This document shows positions 15,922-23,379 of a stretch of 64,000 nucleotides of DNA, in pieces. Each line of letters begins with the position of its first letter. Positions within the stretch are counted from its first letter, which is position 1. The stretch is from a virus (Duplodnaviria > Heunggongvirae > Uroviricota > Caudoviricetes): positions 1 to 64,000 of the IMG/VR virus record IMGVR_UViG_2795385844_000002. One strand, 5' to 3'. Under the pieces are notes generated by a model, which was not told the origin of the DNA, did not search any database, and was given only the letters and a program-made list of their open reading frames with translations. The position numbers and the translations under genes are program-made.

Positions 15922-15993
15922 CTGAAGACCCTGGATTCGAACCAAGAACTGCGACGTTCAGAGCGTCGTGTGTTGCCGTTACACCAATCTTCA
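15922..15993 (-). tRNA. tRNA-Gln (CTG)
   Basis: D GTGT/ACAC; anticodon arm CGACG-CTCTGAA-CGTCG; T-arm CTTGG-TTCGAAT-CCAGG. Confidence 0.75.
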
Positions 15994-16072
15994 ATGCTGA
16001 GACTGGCCTTGCGGGCGGGGGAACGTTTCTGCTTGCCGCAAGCCTTCAGTTCGTTCCACACCAGTCTCATTG

Positions 16073-16150
16073 TCTCGCCGTCAGGAGTCGAACCTGCACA
16101 CCCGAAGGAGCAGATTTACAGTCTGCGTTGATCGCCTATTCGCGACGAGA
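16073..16150 (-). tRNA. tRNA-Tyr (GTA), type II
   Basis: Anticodon arm GCAGA-CTGTAAA-TCTGC; variable arm TCCTTCGGGTGT; acceptor CTCGTCG/CGGCGAG. Confidence 0.6.
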
Positions 16151-16201
16151 TTGGAGCCAGTGCTCGGCTTCTCGCCGATTCGCATGCACACACTGACATG
16201 G

Positions 16202-16274
16202 CTGGCTTGGAAGGATTCGAACCTACACCTCGCGAGTTAACAGCTCGCTGCTCTACCAATTGAGCTACAGGCCA
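16202..16274 (-). tRNA. tRNA-Asn (GTT)
   Basis: Canonical TAGCTCAATTGGTAGAGC D-arm; anticodon arm GCGAG-CTGTTAA-CTCGC; T-arm GTAGG-TTCGAAT-CCTTC. Confidence 0.8.
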
Positions 16275-16393
16275 AGGGCGAGGGTGGCCAGTGTCAGCGC
16301 GCTTTCTGACCTGTGCGACCCTCTTGCCCGTCCTGCTTAGAGATGAGACGGAGCCGAAAACACCCGTACGGTCATCGTACGTGATGACGAACG

Positions 16394-16469
16394 TCTGCCA
16401 GGCGCGATTTGAACACGCGATCTCCTGGACCCAAACCAGGCGGGATGGCCAAACTTCCCTACAAGCAGA
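16394..16469 (-). tRNA. tRNA-Pro (TGG)
   Basis: D GGGA/TCCC; anticodon arm CCTGG-TTTGGGT-CCAGG; T-arm GCGTG-TTCAAAT-CGCGC. Confidence 0.75.
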
Positions 16470-16711
16470 TGATGGACGACACGGCCCAGGTACGGCACCT
16501 CAGGTCGGATCCTTTTTGTCGGAACCTACTGCGGGATTACCCTGCCATCCATGTGACCATCAGCATCCCGATGGCCGCGCGGAGATGTCTCTCCACATTC
16601 CCCGTACGACCGACGCTTTCCTGGAGCTACCTGTACTTGCGTATATGGTCTGACAGCCGGGGCCACACTGACTAACGAGGATGTTCTCCCTTTGCACTAC
16701 CGGCAGCCTAC

Positions 16712-16736
16712 GCCGCCAGTCGGGGCTCGAACCCGA
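16712..16736 (-). other. orphan T-arm/acceptor-like hairpin immediately 3' of the tmRNA (possible processing signal, terminator or tRNA remnant)
   Basis: Perfect TCGGG-TTCGAGC-CCCGA hairpin plus CTGGCGG, but no upstream tRNA body. Confidence 0.3.
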
Positions 16737-16748
16737 ATCTTCCTCTCG

Positions 16749-17102
16749 TGGAGCTGCCCGGAATTGAACCGGGATGTTACGTGACTTGTCACAGTCTTCT
16801 ACGTGCGTAGTCCACCGATTGGGTCGGTTGGGGTGGACGCCTGTCCGAATCGAGACCTCAGACTCTCGACCGATCTTCCAGCACAGTTTGTCGCCTGAGA
16901 GCTGGTCATTGCGAGTTCCCCGTATTCGCGACGGTGGATTGGTACACGGAACGGGTAAACCGTTGTACCCCACCGGACTACGCAGCTAGGGCGTAGTCGG
17001 ACTGAGCAGAAGCTGCAGTTATTGTGGTTGCACTGTTACGGGCGTTGCATGCCCGGCACGCTTCTCAGTAAGTTGACACGCAATCGAATACCTGTCAGCC
17101 CC
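16749..17102 (-). ncRNA. ssrA: tmRNA (ssrA), about 354 nt, tag peptide AASAQSDYALAA
   Basis: 5' GGGGCUGACAGGUAUUCGAUUG (compare E. coli GGGGCUGAUUCUGGAUUCGAC); 3' CCCGG-UUCAAUU-CCGGG-CAGCUCCA with a G3:U70 and A73 Ala-identity acceptor; internal ORF GCA GCU UCU GCU CAG UCC GAC UAC GCC CUA GCU GCG UAG. Confidence 0.85.
16978..17016 (-). other. tmRNA tag-peptide reading frame (AASAQSDYALAA, stop UAG)
   Basis: Preceded by AAUAACU (compare E. coli AAUAGUC); ends in the classic ...YALAA degron. Confidence 0.75.
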
Positions 17103-17159
17103 ATTGAAGTATCTATATCTCTATGGAGTTTTCAAATGTCATGCCACACAAAGGCATTG

Positions 17160-17230
17160 CCCGGATGGAGAGAATCGAACTCCCGTTGGCGGGTTTGGAA
17201 GCCGCTGTCCTGCCACTGGACCACATCCGA
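17160..17230 (-). tRNA. tRNA-Trp (CCA)
   Basis: D GTCC/GGAC; anticodon loop TTCCAAA; T-arm GGGAG-TTCGATT-CTCTC; acceptor TCGGATG/CATCCGG. Confidence 0.65.
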
Positions 17231-17304
17231 ATTTCCAGATTTTCAGGCCCTGGTAGCCCCTCTTGCTGAACTAAGTCTACGACCCACCCACATGAACCCC
17301 TAGC

Positions 17305-17344
17305 GAATAAAAACGGGCCCCGATCCATTGAGGAACCGGGGCCC
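17305..17344 (-). terminator. rho-independent terminator (minus strand) upstream of the tRNA/tmRNA array
   Basis: 7-bp GC stem GGGCCCC/GGGGCCC followed on the minus strand by GUUUUUAUU. Confidence 0.55.
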
Positions 17345-17364
17345 AACGTCGAGAAAGCCTACGC

Positions 17365-17544
17365 TTACTGCTTGGTTGGGAAGGTTCCGTCATCAGCCGG
17401 AATGGTGCCGTTCCACCATCCGTGAGCCTTCGCCTGTGACCACTTGTCGCGGTCAGCCGACCCATAGATGGCCTCGACCACCTGCGAGCGGAACAGGTCA
17501 GCCTGTGGAGTTCCCGCTACGGGCTTGTTGTTCTGATTCGCCAT
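17365..17544 (-). CDS. hypothetical protein (59 aa)
   Basis: ATG at 17544 with an AAGGA RBS 9 nt upstream; not in the ORF track (shorter than 60 aa). Confidence 0.45.
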   Translation of the reverse strand: MANQNNKPVAGTPQADLFRSQVVEAIYGSADRDKWSQAKAHGWWNGTIPADDGTFPTKQ

Positions 17545-17622
17545 GTGGTGAGTCCTTGCCTGAAAGTCTTTGATGCACAGACACTGTGCTTACATCTTTA
17601 TTCTAGCACGCGTTTGCTGTGA

Positions 17623-17985
17623 CTATTCCCGCCAGTTCCTTGACGTGGGATGTTTGACCTTCTTCTTCGCCTTCCCGCCTCGACGCTGATTGCAAACCAG
17701 GTGGCAGGGAACGAGATTCGAAACGTCGTAGCAGAGTGGGTCATCCCAGGCGAGATCTTTCACGGGGATGATGTGGTCTACGGTCGCGCTCATCGGGTCA
17801 GGCCATTTGAGGTTCAGGTCAATGAACTCGTGACACTGGTCGCAGATCTGACTGGCTCGCAAAACACGCGCCTTTGCCTTCTCGAACCTTACCCCGGTTC
17901 GCCCCAGGGAGCGAGGGCCTTTCGTTGAGCTGGTGGGCAAGTAAGTAGTCCTTCGCGCGCGTGAGCATTTCGACAGAGTCGTCAA
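17623..17985 (-). CDS. HNH endonuclease
   Basis: CDQC...DHIIPV...N...H HNH motif; the N-terminus overlaps the upstream EndoVII gene, so the start is uncertain. Confidence 0.55.
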   Translation of the reverse strand: MTTLSKCSRARRTTYLPTSSTKGPRSLGRTGVRFEKAKARVLRASQICDQCHEFIDLNLKWPDPMSATVDHIIPVKDLAWDDPLCYDVSNLVPCHLVCNQRRGGKAKKKVKHPTSRNWRE

Positions 17986-18412
17986 ACAGACCTAATGCCG
18001 TGTTGCAGGTCTTGCATAGAAGGCCACGGATGCATCTGCCGCAGCTCTTATTTGCTGCGCAGCAGGTGTGATCATGATCAACGCAGATCTTCCCATCCAG
18101 CAGCTCGTCTGCGCATATAGCGCATCGCCCGCCCTGGTTGGACCTCATCTGCGTGAGATCATCTGGCGTTAGTCCAAACCGATAGAAGTAGGCGCGCGCC
18201 CGCATGCACCTCTTGCAGTGAGTTCGACGCTGACGCCCGTTGTGTCCGTGGTTGCCATAAAACTCAGAAACGGGTAGATGCTGCTTGCACCAATTGCACT
18301 GTCGGACCTCTGATACATCTGTCTCTAAATTCATTATCTCACTAATTTGGCCACGCTCACTGCGGCAACCCGGCCCATCCCTCAAGACGTACCAGACGGC
18401 GCTCAAGTTCAT
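17819..18412 (-). CDS. endonuclease VII-like (Endonuclease_7 domain) protein
   Basis: CAICAD...CVDHDHTCC...GRCIRGLLCKTCNTALG Zn-binding EndoVII signature. Confidence 0.6.
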   Translation of the reverse strand: MNLSAVWYVLRDGPGCRSERGQISEIMNLETDVSEVRQCNWCKQHLPVSEFYGNHGHNGRQRRTHCKRCMRARAYFYRFGLTPDDLTQMRSNQGGRCAICADELLDGKICVDHDHTCCAANKSCGRCIRGLLCKTCNTALGLFDDSVEMLTRAKDYLLAHQLNERPSLPGANRGKVREGKGACFASQSDLRPVSRVH

Positions 18413-18585
18413 CCAGGCGCGCGTTCTGAGCCTTGTCCGTATCGTCCGGTCATCAAGCGGAAACCCGCCTCATACAGCGCCTCTGCGGCCTTCAGGGCTC
18501 CACCCTCGTTCGGATAGACGTCAGTCCAGTCGTAGAAGCGTCCATTGACGCGGGCCTTTGCATGCTGCTTGATGAGCGCGGTCAT
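18409..18585 (-). CDS. hypothetical protein (58 aa; internal start of the 94-aa ORF)
   Basis: The start at 18585 avoids overlap with the upstream SPFH gene, which ends at 18612. Confidence 0.35.
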   Translation of the reverse strand: MTALIKQHAKARVNGRFYDWTDVYPNEGGALKAAEALYEAGFRLMTGRYGQGSERAPG

Positions 18586-18611
18586 CAAACTGACGTCGGA
18601 CACGTCCCCAC

Positions 18612-19472
18612 CTACTTGGTGGGGACAGTCAGCATGACCGGCGTCGGCCAGCAGAGGAGCGCAATGCCCTTGTCCTTGGCGATGTCCAGACACTTGGAGA
18701 CCAGCACGTTGGGGTCGCGTGATACGGAGCTCGACAGAATCTCATTTGCGCGGGCCTGGGCCTCGGCAGTCTTCTGGTCCTGCAGGGCCACCGAGGTGGC
18801 AGCGCGGGACTGGTTGATTTGATTGATCTTCTGTTCGGTGCCCTCGTCGTAGTCGATCGTCGGGACAGCTACGTCCAAGATTTCGACTTGGGTGCCCACC
18901 TTGCTTGCAAGGATTTTGCGGGCCTGCTCCGACAGCTCTGGCAGTGGAGACTGGTCGAGATTCTTCGGGGCCAAAGGGTCGAACGTTGCGAACACCTCGT
19001 TCAATGCAACCTGCAGGTTTCGGGTGACCAGGTTGGTTCGAACGTTGTCGAATGTCTTGTACTGGACGAACAGCTCTGGCGTGGCTTCCTGCTTAATCTG
19101 CCAACGAACTGACACATCCGCGTCTGCAGTGGAAGAGTTACCTAGACGAACCTTGATGCGGTTATCACCCTTGTGCTGGTCGATCTGGATCGCCCCGTCC
19201 ATCTCAGTGACGTTCGCCCACGGGGCCTTGAAGTGTAGGCCGTTGGACAGCGTTGAGCCATTCGGTCGCCCGAACGTGGTCTCGATACCAATCTGGCGAG
19301 TACCAACGGTGGTAATCGAAGCGAAGATACCGAAGATCAGCGCGAATACACCGGCACCGGCAGCGGTGAGGAGTGGGATGTATCGATCTTTGTGGGGCGC
19401 GATCGGAGTTGCAATAACGGCAATTCCGGCAACGATGAGCAGGATCAGGGTGATCCACATTGTGGGCGGCAT
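18612..19472 (-). CDS. SPFH/band-7 (prohibitin/HflK-like) membrane protein
   Basis: N-terminal TM helices followed by a band-7 domain pattern; 286 aa. Confidence 0.7.
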   Translation of the reverse strand: MPPTMWITLILLIVAGIAVIATPIAPHKDRYIPLLTAAGAGVFALIFGIFASITTVGTRQIGIETTFGRPNGSTLSNGLHFKAPWANVTEMDGAIQIDQHKGDNRIKVRLGNSSTADADVSVRWQIKQEATPELFVQYKTFDNVRTNLVTRNLQVALNEVFATFDPLAPKNLDQSPLPELSEQARKILASKVGTQVEILDVAVPTIDYDEGTEQKINQINQSRAATSVALQDQKTAEAQARANEILSSSVSRDPNVLVSKCLDIAKDKGIALLCWPTPVMLTVPTK

Positions 19473-19576
19473 AGACGGCTCCTAGATTTCGGTGGTGAGT
19501 AATTCGGCTACGGTCGCGGGCCGCTGAGACCCACGTCTGAAGTGAAATAGCCTGTGGTAGAAGTAGATGAGCTGCT

Positions 19577-20089
19577 TCACGCGACGTTTCCGAACAGGCG
19601 CTCCATCACGTTGTCGGTGGAGGCCCGGAACTCGGCAAGGTTCTTCGAGTGGTTGTCCACATCGCCTGGCTGAGTGCTGAGACGTGAACGCCACTCGAGG
19701 TTTTCGGCGTCGCAGTTGTGTGGATCCCCGTCAATATGGTGAACGCGCCACTTCTGCACTTCACGTTGATCAGCTCGGTTGTACGGCACGCCATGGAATG
19801 CAGAAGCGACTAGGGTGTCTACCCGTAAGAGCAGACTCCAACTCGCAGTACGCCCGGATCCACGATGAATCGACACGTATAGATGGTCATCAGCTGGTCG
19901 GTTCTTACTGGTGTTCCGGCCAATTCGCCGCGACAGGTAGTAGCCGTTGTAGTTGCGTTTCCATGTCGTGCCGTCCTTGCGGGTGAATTCCCGGGTGAAC
20001 GGCAACGATCGAACGATACCTGTGTTGGACACTTCATACCGCTGGTCCAGGAAAGGGATTGGCTTCCAGATCAGCTCAGGTGTCTCCAT
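19577..20089 (-). CDS. HNH homing endonuclease with NUMOD4 motif
   Basis: WKPI...YEVSNTGIVRS (NUMOD4-like) and HHIDGDPHNCDAENLEW (HNH_3). Confidence 0.7.
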   Translation of the reverse strand: METPELIWKPIPFLDQRYEVSNTGIVRSLPFTREFTRKDGTTWKRNYNGYYLSRRIGRNTSKNRPADDHLYVSIHRGSGRTASWSLLLRVDTLVASAFHGVPYNRADQREVQKWRVHHIDGDPHNCDAENLEWRSRLSTQPGDVDNHSKNLAEFRASTDNVMERLFGNVA

Positions 20090-20304
20090 CAGCGTCCCTC
20101 CTCGGCCCAGTAAGCCTCCATCACCTTCGTTACGGCCTTGTACCAGTCGGGGCGTCCACTCAGCTCGCCGTCAACGGCATCGAAATAGACCTCGCCCGTT
20201 GCGGTTTCTTCGATCTCGCCGTCCAGATGCTGGCGGTCAAGCTCGCTGATGAGAACCTCTTCGAGCTGGCGGACAAGCACTGTGTCATCGGGGCGCAGGC
20301 TCAC
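20089..20304 (-). CDS. hypothetical acidic protein (71 aa)
   Basis: ORF track; GTG start. Confidence 0.45.
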   Translation of the reverse strand: MSLRPDDTVLVRQLEEVLISELDRQHLDGEIEETATGEVYFDAVDGELSGRPDWYKAVTKVMEAYWAEEGR

Positions 20305-20517
20305 CTAGATCTGCTCCAGGACCTTGATTACCTCATCTGGAAATACGCCAGATTCCTTGACCGCCGCGATGAAAGAGTTTGTGAGGGCTATGAGCCCCGC
20401 AGCGGTGCCCAGCCATGCGAAGAACTCGCCTACCTGATCGATGGGAATGCCGTTGAAACCAATGTCAACGGTGTCGTTGCTGTTGATATTGAAAGTGTTT
20501 TCGATTTGGTTCTTCAT
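20305..20517 (-). CDS. small membrane protein (70 aa)
   Basis: Internal ATG at 20517, two nt after the exonuclease stop; product MKNQIEN...FAWLGTAAGLIALTNSFIAAV. Confidence 0.4.
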   Translation of the reverse strand: MKNQIENTFNINSNDTVDIGFNGIPIDQVGEFFAWLGTAAGLIALTNSFIAAVKESGVFPDEVIKVLEQI

Positions 20518-20519
20518 AG

Positions 20520-21326
20520 TCAGATTCCTGTCACGTTGGTGGATGCAATGCAATGGGTGTCTTTCAGCCACTTGCCGCAGTCCTGGCACTGGAAGCGCGT
20601 GTAAACACGAGTGGCGTTCTTTCGAGTGCCCTGCTTGGTGATGTGCGTGGAATTGCAATTTGGACAATGCATCTCGCCGTCCTCGGTCCACAACCCGAGG
20701 TTCATGCCACGCAGCCACGGACGGGTGTCGTAGTAGAGCTCCACCGTCTGATCGACGTCGCGCATGTTGTAGCTCTTCATTGACCGACGAGCACGGCGTA
20801 GCACATCGCCCTGGCCGAAGCGCAGTGTGCGCCAAAGGCCATTCTCAGTGTTCTCCTTGCCCTCCATCGCCTTTGCCTTTGCGACATAGCGCATTGACTT
20901 GGCGTATGGGTTGAAGTTTCGCGAGATTTCCTTCATGAGGTCAATGTCCACATGAGGAGCTGGCGGCGTTAGGTCGTAATACCAGAACGCAGTATTGAGG
21001 TGCTTGACGTCGAAGTTCTTGCTGTTGTACCCAACGACGTAGTCCGCTGCCGACAGGAGGTCCCAAGCCTGCTCCACCATGTTCTGATGTCCACCACCCG
21101 GGGTGTGAGACTGGTTGTCCTGCGGGAGGTTCCCATCCCATTCGGCAACGAACTTGGTCTTGTGGTTGGGGTCGTCAATCCACCGGTAGGCGAAGCAGAT
21201 GGTGCGAGGAGGCTCGATAACGCGTTCGGGGGCAATCCAACTGCCGTACTGCTTGCCTTCCCACACCCCGTCAACCAGAGCCGACTGGCGCTCGATATCG
21301 ATTGCCAGGATCTTCGCATCCGTCAT
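20520..21326 (-). CDS. DnaQ-like (DEDD) 3'-5' exonuclease with C-terminal zinc ribbon
   Basis: ILAIDIE exo I motif, YNSKNFD exo II; C-terminal CPNC...CQDC. Confidence 0.7.
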   Translation of the reverse strand: MTDAKILAIDIERQSALVDGVWEGKQYGSWIAPERVIEPPRTICFAYRWIDDPNHKTKFVAEWDGNLPQDNQSHTPGGGHQNMVEQAWDLLSAADYVVGYNSKNFDVKHLNTAFWYYDLTPPAPHVDIDLMKEISRNFNPYAKSMRYVAKAKAMEGKENTENGLWRTLRFGQGDVLRRARRSMKSYNMRDVDQTVELYYDTRPWLRGMNLGLWTEDGEMHCPNCNSTHITKQGTRKNATRVYTRFQCQDCGKWLKDTHCIASTNVTGI

Positions 21327-21339
21327 ATGTCTGCCTATC

Positions 21340-21573
21340 TCAGTTCTGGAACTGTTCTTCGAGCTTCGCGGTGGTGAGCTTGTCCCAATGGGCGATGAAT
21401 TCTTCTGTCATGACATGCAATTGCTCACCGGACACGAGAAAGGCATGTGGCTCACCGCTCTTATGGGTAAGCACCTGAATGAAGATGTTCTCAGTGACCC
21501 GGATGGTCACGCCCATGTCTGTCTCAATGGCTTCGAGCTGACCGAGATGCTCGAACTCGCCCGTAGCGCTCAC
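21340..21573 (-). CDS. hypothetical protein (77 aa)
   Basis: ORF track. Confidence 0.45.
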   Translation of the reverse strand: MSATGEFEHLGQLEAIETDMGVTIRVTENIFIQVLTHKSGEPHAFLVSGEQLHVMTEEFIAHWDKLTTAKLEEQFQN

Positions 21574-21839
21574 TCGGGGGCCGCGAAGCAGTCGAGGGTC
21601 GTACCAGCGAGAAAGGCCTCGAACAGCATGTTAGTCATCTCGCCGCGCTCTTCTACGGTCTGCACCCAGACGCTCTTTGGAGGCGCTACGAGTGTGTCGG
21701 GGCCTGCGACGATTAGGAGGTAGCGCCCATCCTCCAGTGCGACAGTGAGGTGTCCGTTGGAGTAGTGGAATGGGAGCCGCGTCCCAGGTGTTTTCAAAGT
21801 TTCCATGTGTCCCAGTCTATTTCGGTAAAATGGGATCAT
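21570..21839 (-). CDS. hypothetical protein (89 aa) starting MIPFY at a motif-embedded ATG
   Basis: ATG at 21839 lies within TACCCACATGATCCC; longer upstream extensions look non-coding. Confidence 0.45.
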   Translation of the reverse strand: MIPFYRNRLGHMETLKTPGTRLPFHYSNGHLTVALEDGRYLLIVAGPDTLVAPPKSVWVQTVEERGEMTNMLFEAFLAGTTLDCFAAPE

Positions 21840-21847
21840 GTGGGTAG

Positions 21848-22069
21848 CTATTTTCGACCGAAACCCGTGTACGGATCGACCTTCTCGCTCAGGTAGTTCA
21901 GGAGATGGAGCCCCGTAATAGCCACGGCGGCATGACAAATAGCCCAACCAAGACGAGAGCTCAGCCACCTATCAAACTGGTGACTGAGCTTCTCATCTTC
22001 GGGCGCAAAGTATTCAACGGCGGCGATGTACGCCACCAGGCCGATCCAGCCCTTTTCGGAGTAACGCAT
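21848..22069 (-). CDS. small membrane-like protein (73 aa)
   Basis: ATGA overlap with the upstream gene at 22069. Confidence 0.4.
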   Translation of the reverse strand: MRYSEKGWIGLVAYIAAVEYFAPEDEKLSHQFDRWLSSRLGWAICHAAVAITGLHLLNYLSEKVDPYTGFGRK

Positions 22070-22440
22070 TAGTCGCGGAACTTTTCCAACCCCTTCGGGC
22101 CCTTGAAGCGATCATCGAACTCGGGGAAGTGCTTGCGGAAATACATCAATGCCAGGGCGTGGAAGATCACGGCGGTGAGGTGCTCCAGGCCGGTTCCACC
22201 CTCGCCGTTGTCAAACTCTTCGCCATTCCACCACGCCATAGCGTGACGCATCATCGCGTCGTACGACTTGGACCACTCATAGCCCTTGGCCCAGTTATGG
22301 TCTGAGTACTTCTTCGCGCCCTTGCCGTACAGCTCCGCAACCTCTAGGAGCTCACGCACTGGCAGCAGGGACATGCGGACGTCGTTGCCCGCCTTCTGCC
22401 CTCCCGTTGAGGAGGTGGTCATCACTTCCCCGACACTCAC
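22069..22440 (-). CDS. hypothetical protein (123 aa); weak resemblance to a dNTP pyrophosphohydrolase N-terminal domain
   Basis: ORF track; KYSDHNWAKGYEWSKSYDAMMRHAMAWWNGE. Confidence 0.5.
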   Translation of the reverse strand: MSVGEVMTTSSTGGQKAGNDVRMSLLPVRELLEVAELYGKGAKKYSDHNWAKGYEWSKSYDAMMRHAMAWWNGEEFDNGEGGTGLEHLTAVIFHALALMYFRKHFPEFDDRFKGPKGLEKFRD

Positions 22441-22622
22441 GCGCCAAGCTCCCTTGCTGCTTCGTTCAGAAAATCGTTGGCCTGGTCGTGGATCCCACGT
22501 AGGACGTCCTCGTCAACCTCAATAAGTTCATCGCGCTCATACACAGAGCTGAACTCGATTCCGTCTTCGAGGTGTTCGATCGCGATCCGGCGCGCGACCT
22601 CAGTGATCGCTTCTGGGGTCAC
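22437..22622 (-). CDS. hypothetical acidic protein (61 aa)
   Basis: GTG start at 22622 (GTGA overlap with the paralog-1 stop). Confidence 0.4.
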   Translation of the reverse strand: MTPEAITEVARRIAIEHLEDGIEFSSVYERDELIEVDEDVLRGIHDQANDFLNEAARELGA

Positions 22623-23047
22623 TTCTTCACCCACACTGTGATGGTCTTCTCCTGTGAGACAACCTCTTCGGTGGGTCCGTCGTAGTAGCCACCATTGAAG
22701 GAGGCATACCACCCATCACGACGGAAGTAGCGAACCTCGCCATTATCGTCGGTAATCTTGAAGACAAACCAGTACTGGTCGCCTTGACCTTCGCCTCCGA
22801 AGGTGTCCTCAAGCTCGATACGCCCGAAGCCTTCGAAGTACTTGTAATCAATCTCCGACTCGGGGATCGGATCGAATTTGCGGGTGTCAGGGTTCCACCG
22901 CTCCTTGTTCACCCCGATGTATTCCTCGAACTCGTGCCAGCCGGTGATGTGCTCGGTCTTCGGCTCAGTCTCTTTGTACGGGGTGTACGTCACATCCCAG
23001 CCGGTATCCTGTACCAGCTCTTCGATATCCTCGACGGTGTAGCTCAC
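22619..23047 (-). CDS. MSYT-family paralog 1 (142 aa)
   Basis: Shares the GGEG.GDQYWFVFK..GEVRYFRRDGWYASFNGGYYDGPT core with the two adjacent genes. Confidence 0.6.
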   Translation of the reverse strand: MSYTVEDIEELVQDTGWDVTYTPYKETEPKTEHITGWHEFEEYIGVNKERWNPDTRKFDPIPESEIDYKYFEGFGRIELEDTFGGEGQGDQYWFVFKITDDNGEVRYFRRDGWYASFNGGYYDGPTEEVVSQEKTITVWVKK

Positions 23048-23379
23048 TTGATCTCCTCATATACGTTCATAACCTTCTGCGTGACCCTTACTTCTCTCGT
23101 CGGGCCGTCATAGTCACCGCCAACGAAGGATGCGTAGTAGCCACTGCGTCGGAAGTACCGCTCAGTCCCATCAAGGCCGGTGACCTTGAAGACCATCCAA
23201 AGGTCTTCACCCTTTCCTTCGCCGCCGTACTGATCGATAAAGGTCGCTCGCCCGATACCAGGGATGACTACCTCTTCATCCCCGTACTCGAGCAGGTCTT
23301 CGAACTCGAACCAGCTACCGGACCACTCGTTTTCTTCGTCTTCGATCGCCTTGTTGAGTGCCTTGATTGTGTAGCTCAT
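23044..23379 (-). CDS. MSYT-family paralog 2 (111 aa)
   Basis: Tandem paralog; ATGA overlaps. Confidence 0.6.
   Translation of the reverse strand: MSYTIKALNKAIEDEENEWSGSWFEFEDLLEYGDEEVVIPGIGRATFIDQYGGEGKGEDLWMVFKVTGLDGTERYFRRSGYYASFVGGDYDGPTREVRVTQKVMNVYEEIK

Noticed and set aside
14882-16653. Plus-strand ORFs inside the tRNA array (14882..15085, 15082..15453, 15465..15698, 16291..16653 and others)
   Set aside because: They overlap tRNA genes or each other on both strands, lack RBS context, and their products are Cys/Arg/Ser-rich, which is typical of random high-GC ORFs.
20305-20835. 176-aa ORF overlapping the 3' end of the DnaQ-like exonuclease gene
   Set aside because: The N-terminal 100 aa overlap the exonuclease gene in another frame and look non-native; only the C-terminal 70-aa membrane peptide (20305..20517) is called.
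21848-21968. Longer 132-aa version of the 21570..21968 ORF
   Set aside because: Its first 43 codons overlap the upstream gene (21848..22069) out of frame and look non-coding; the motif-embedded ATG at 21839 gives a compact non-overlapping gene.
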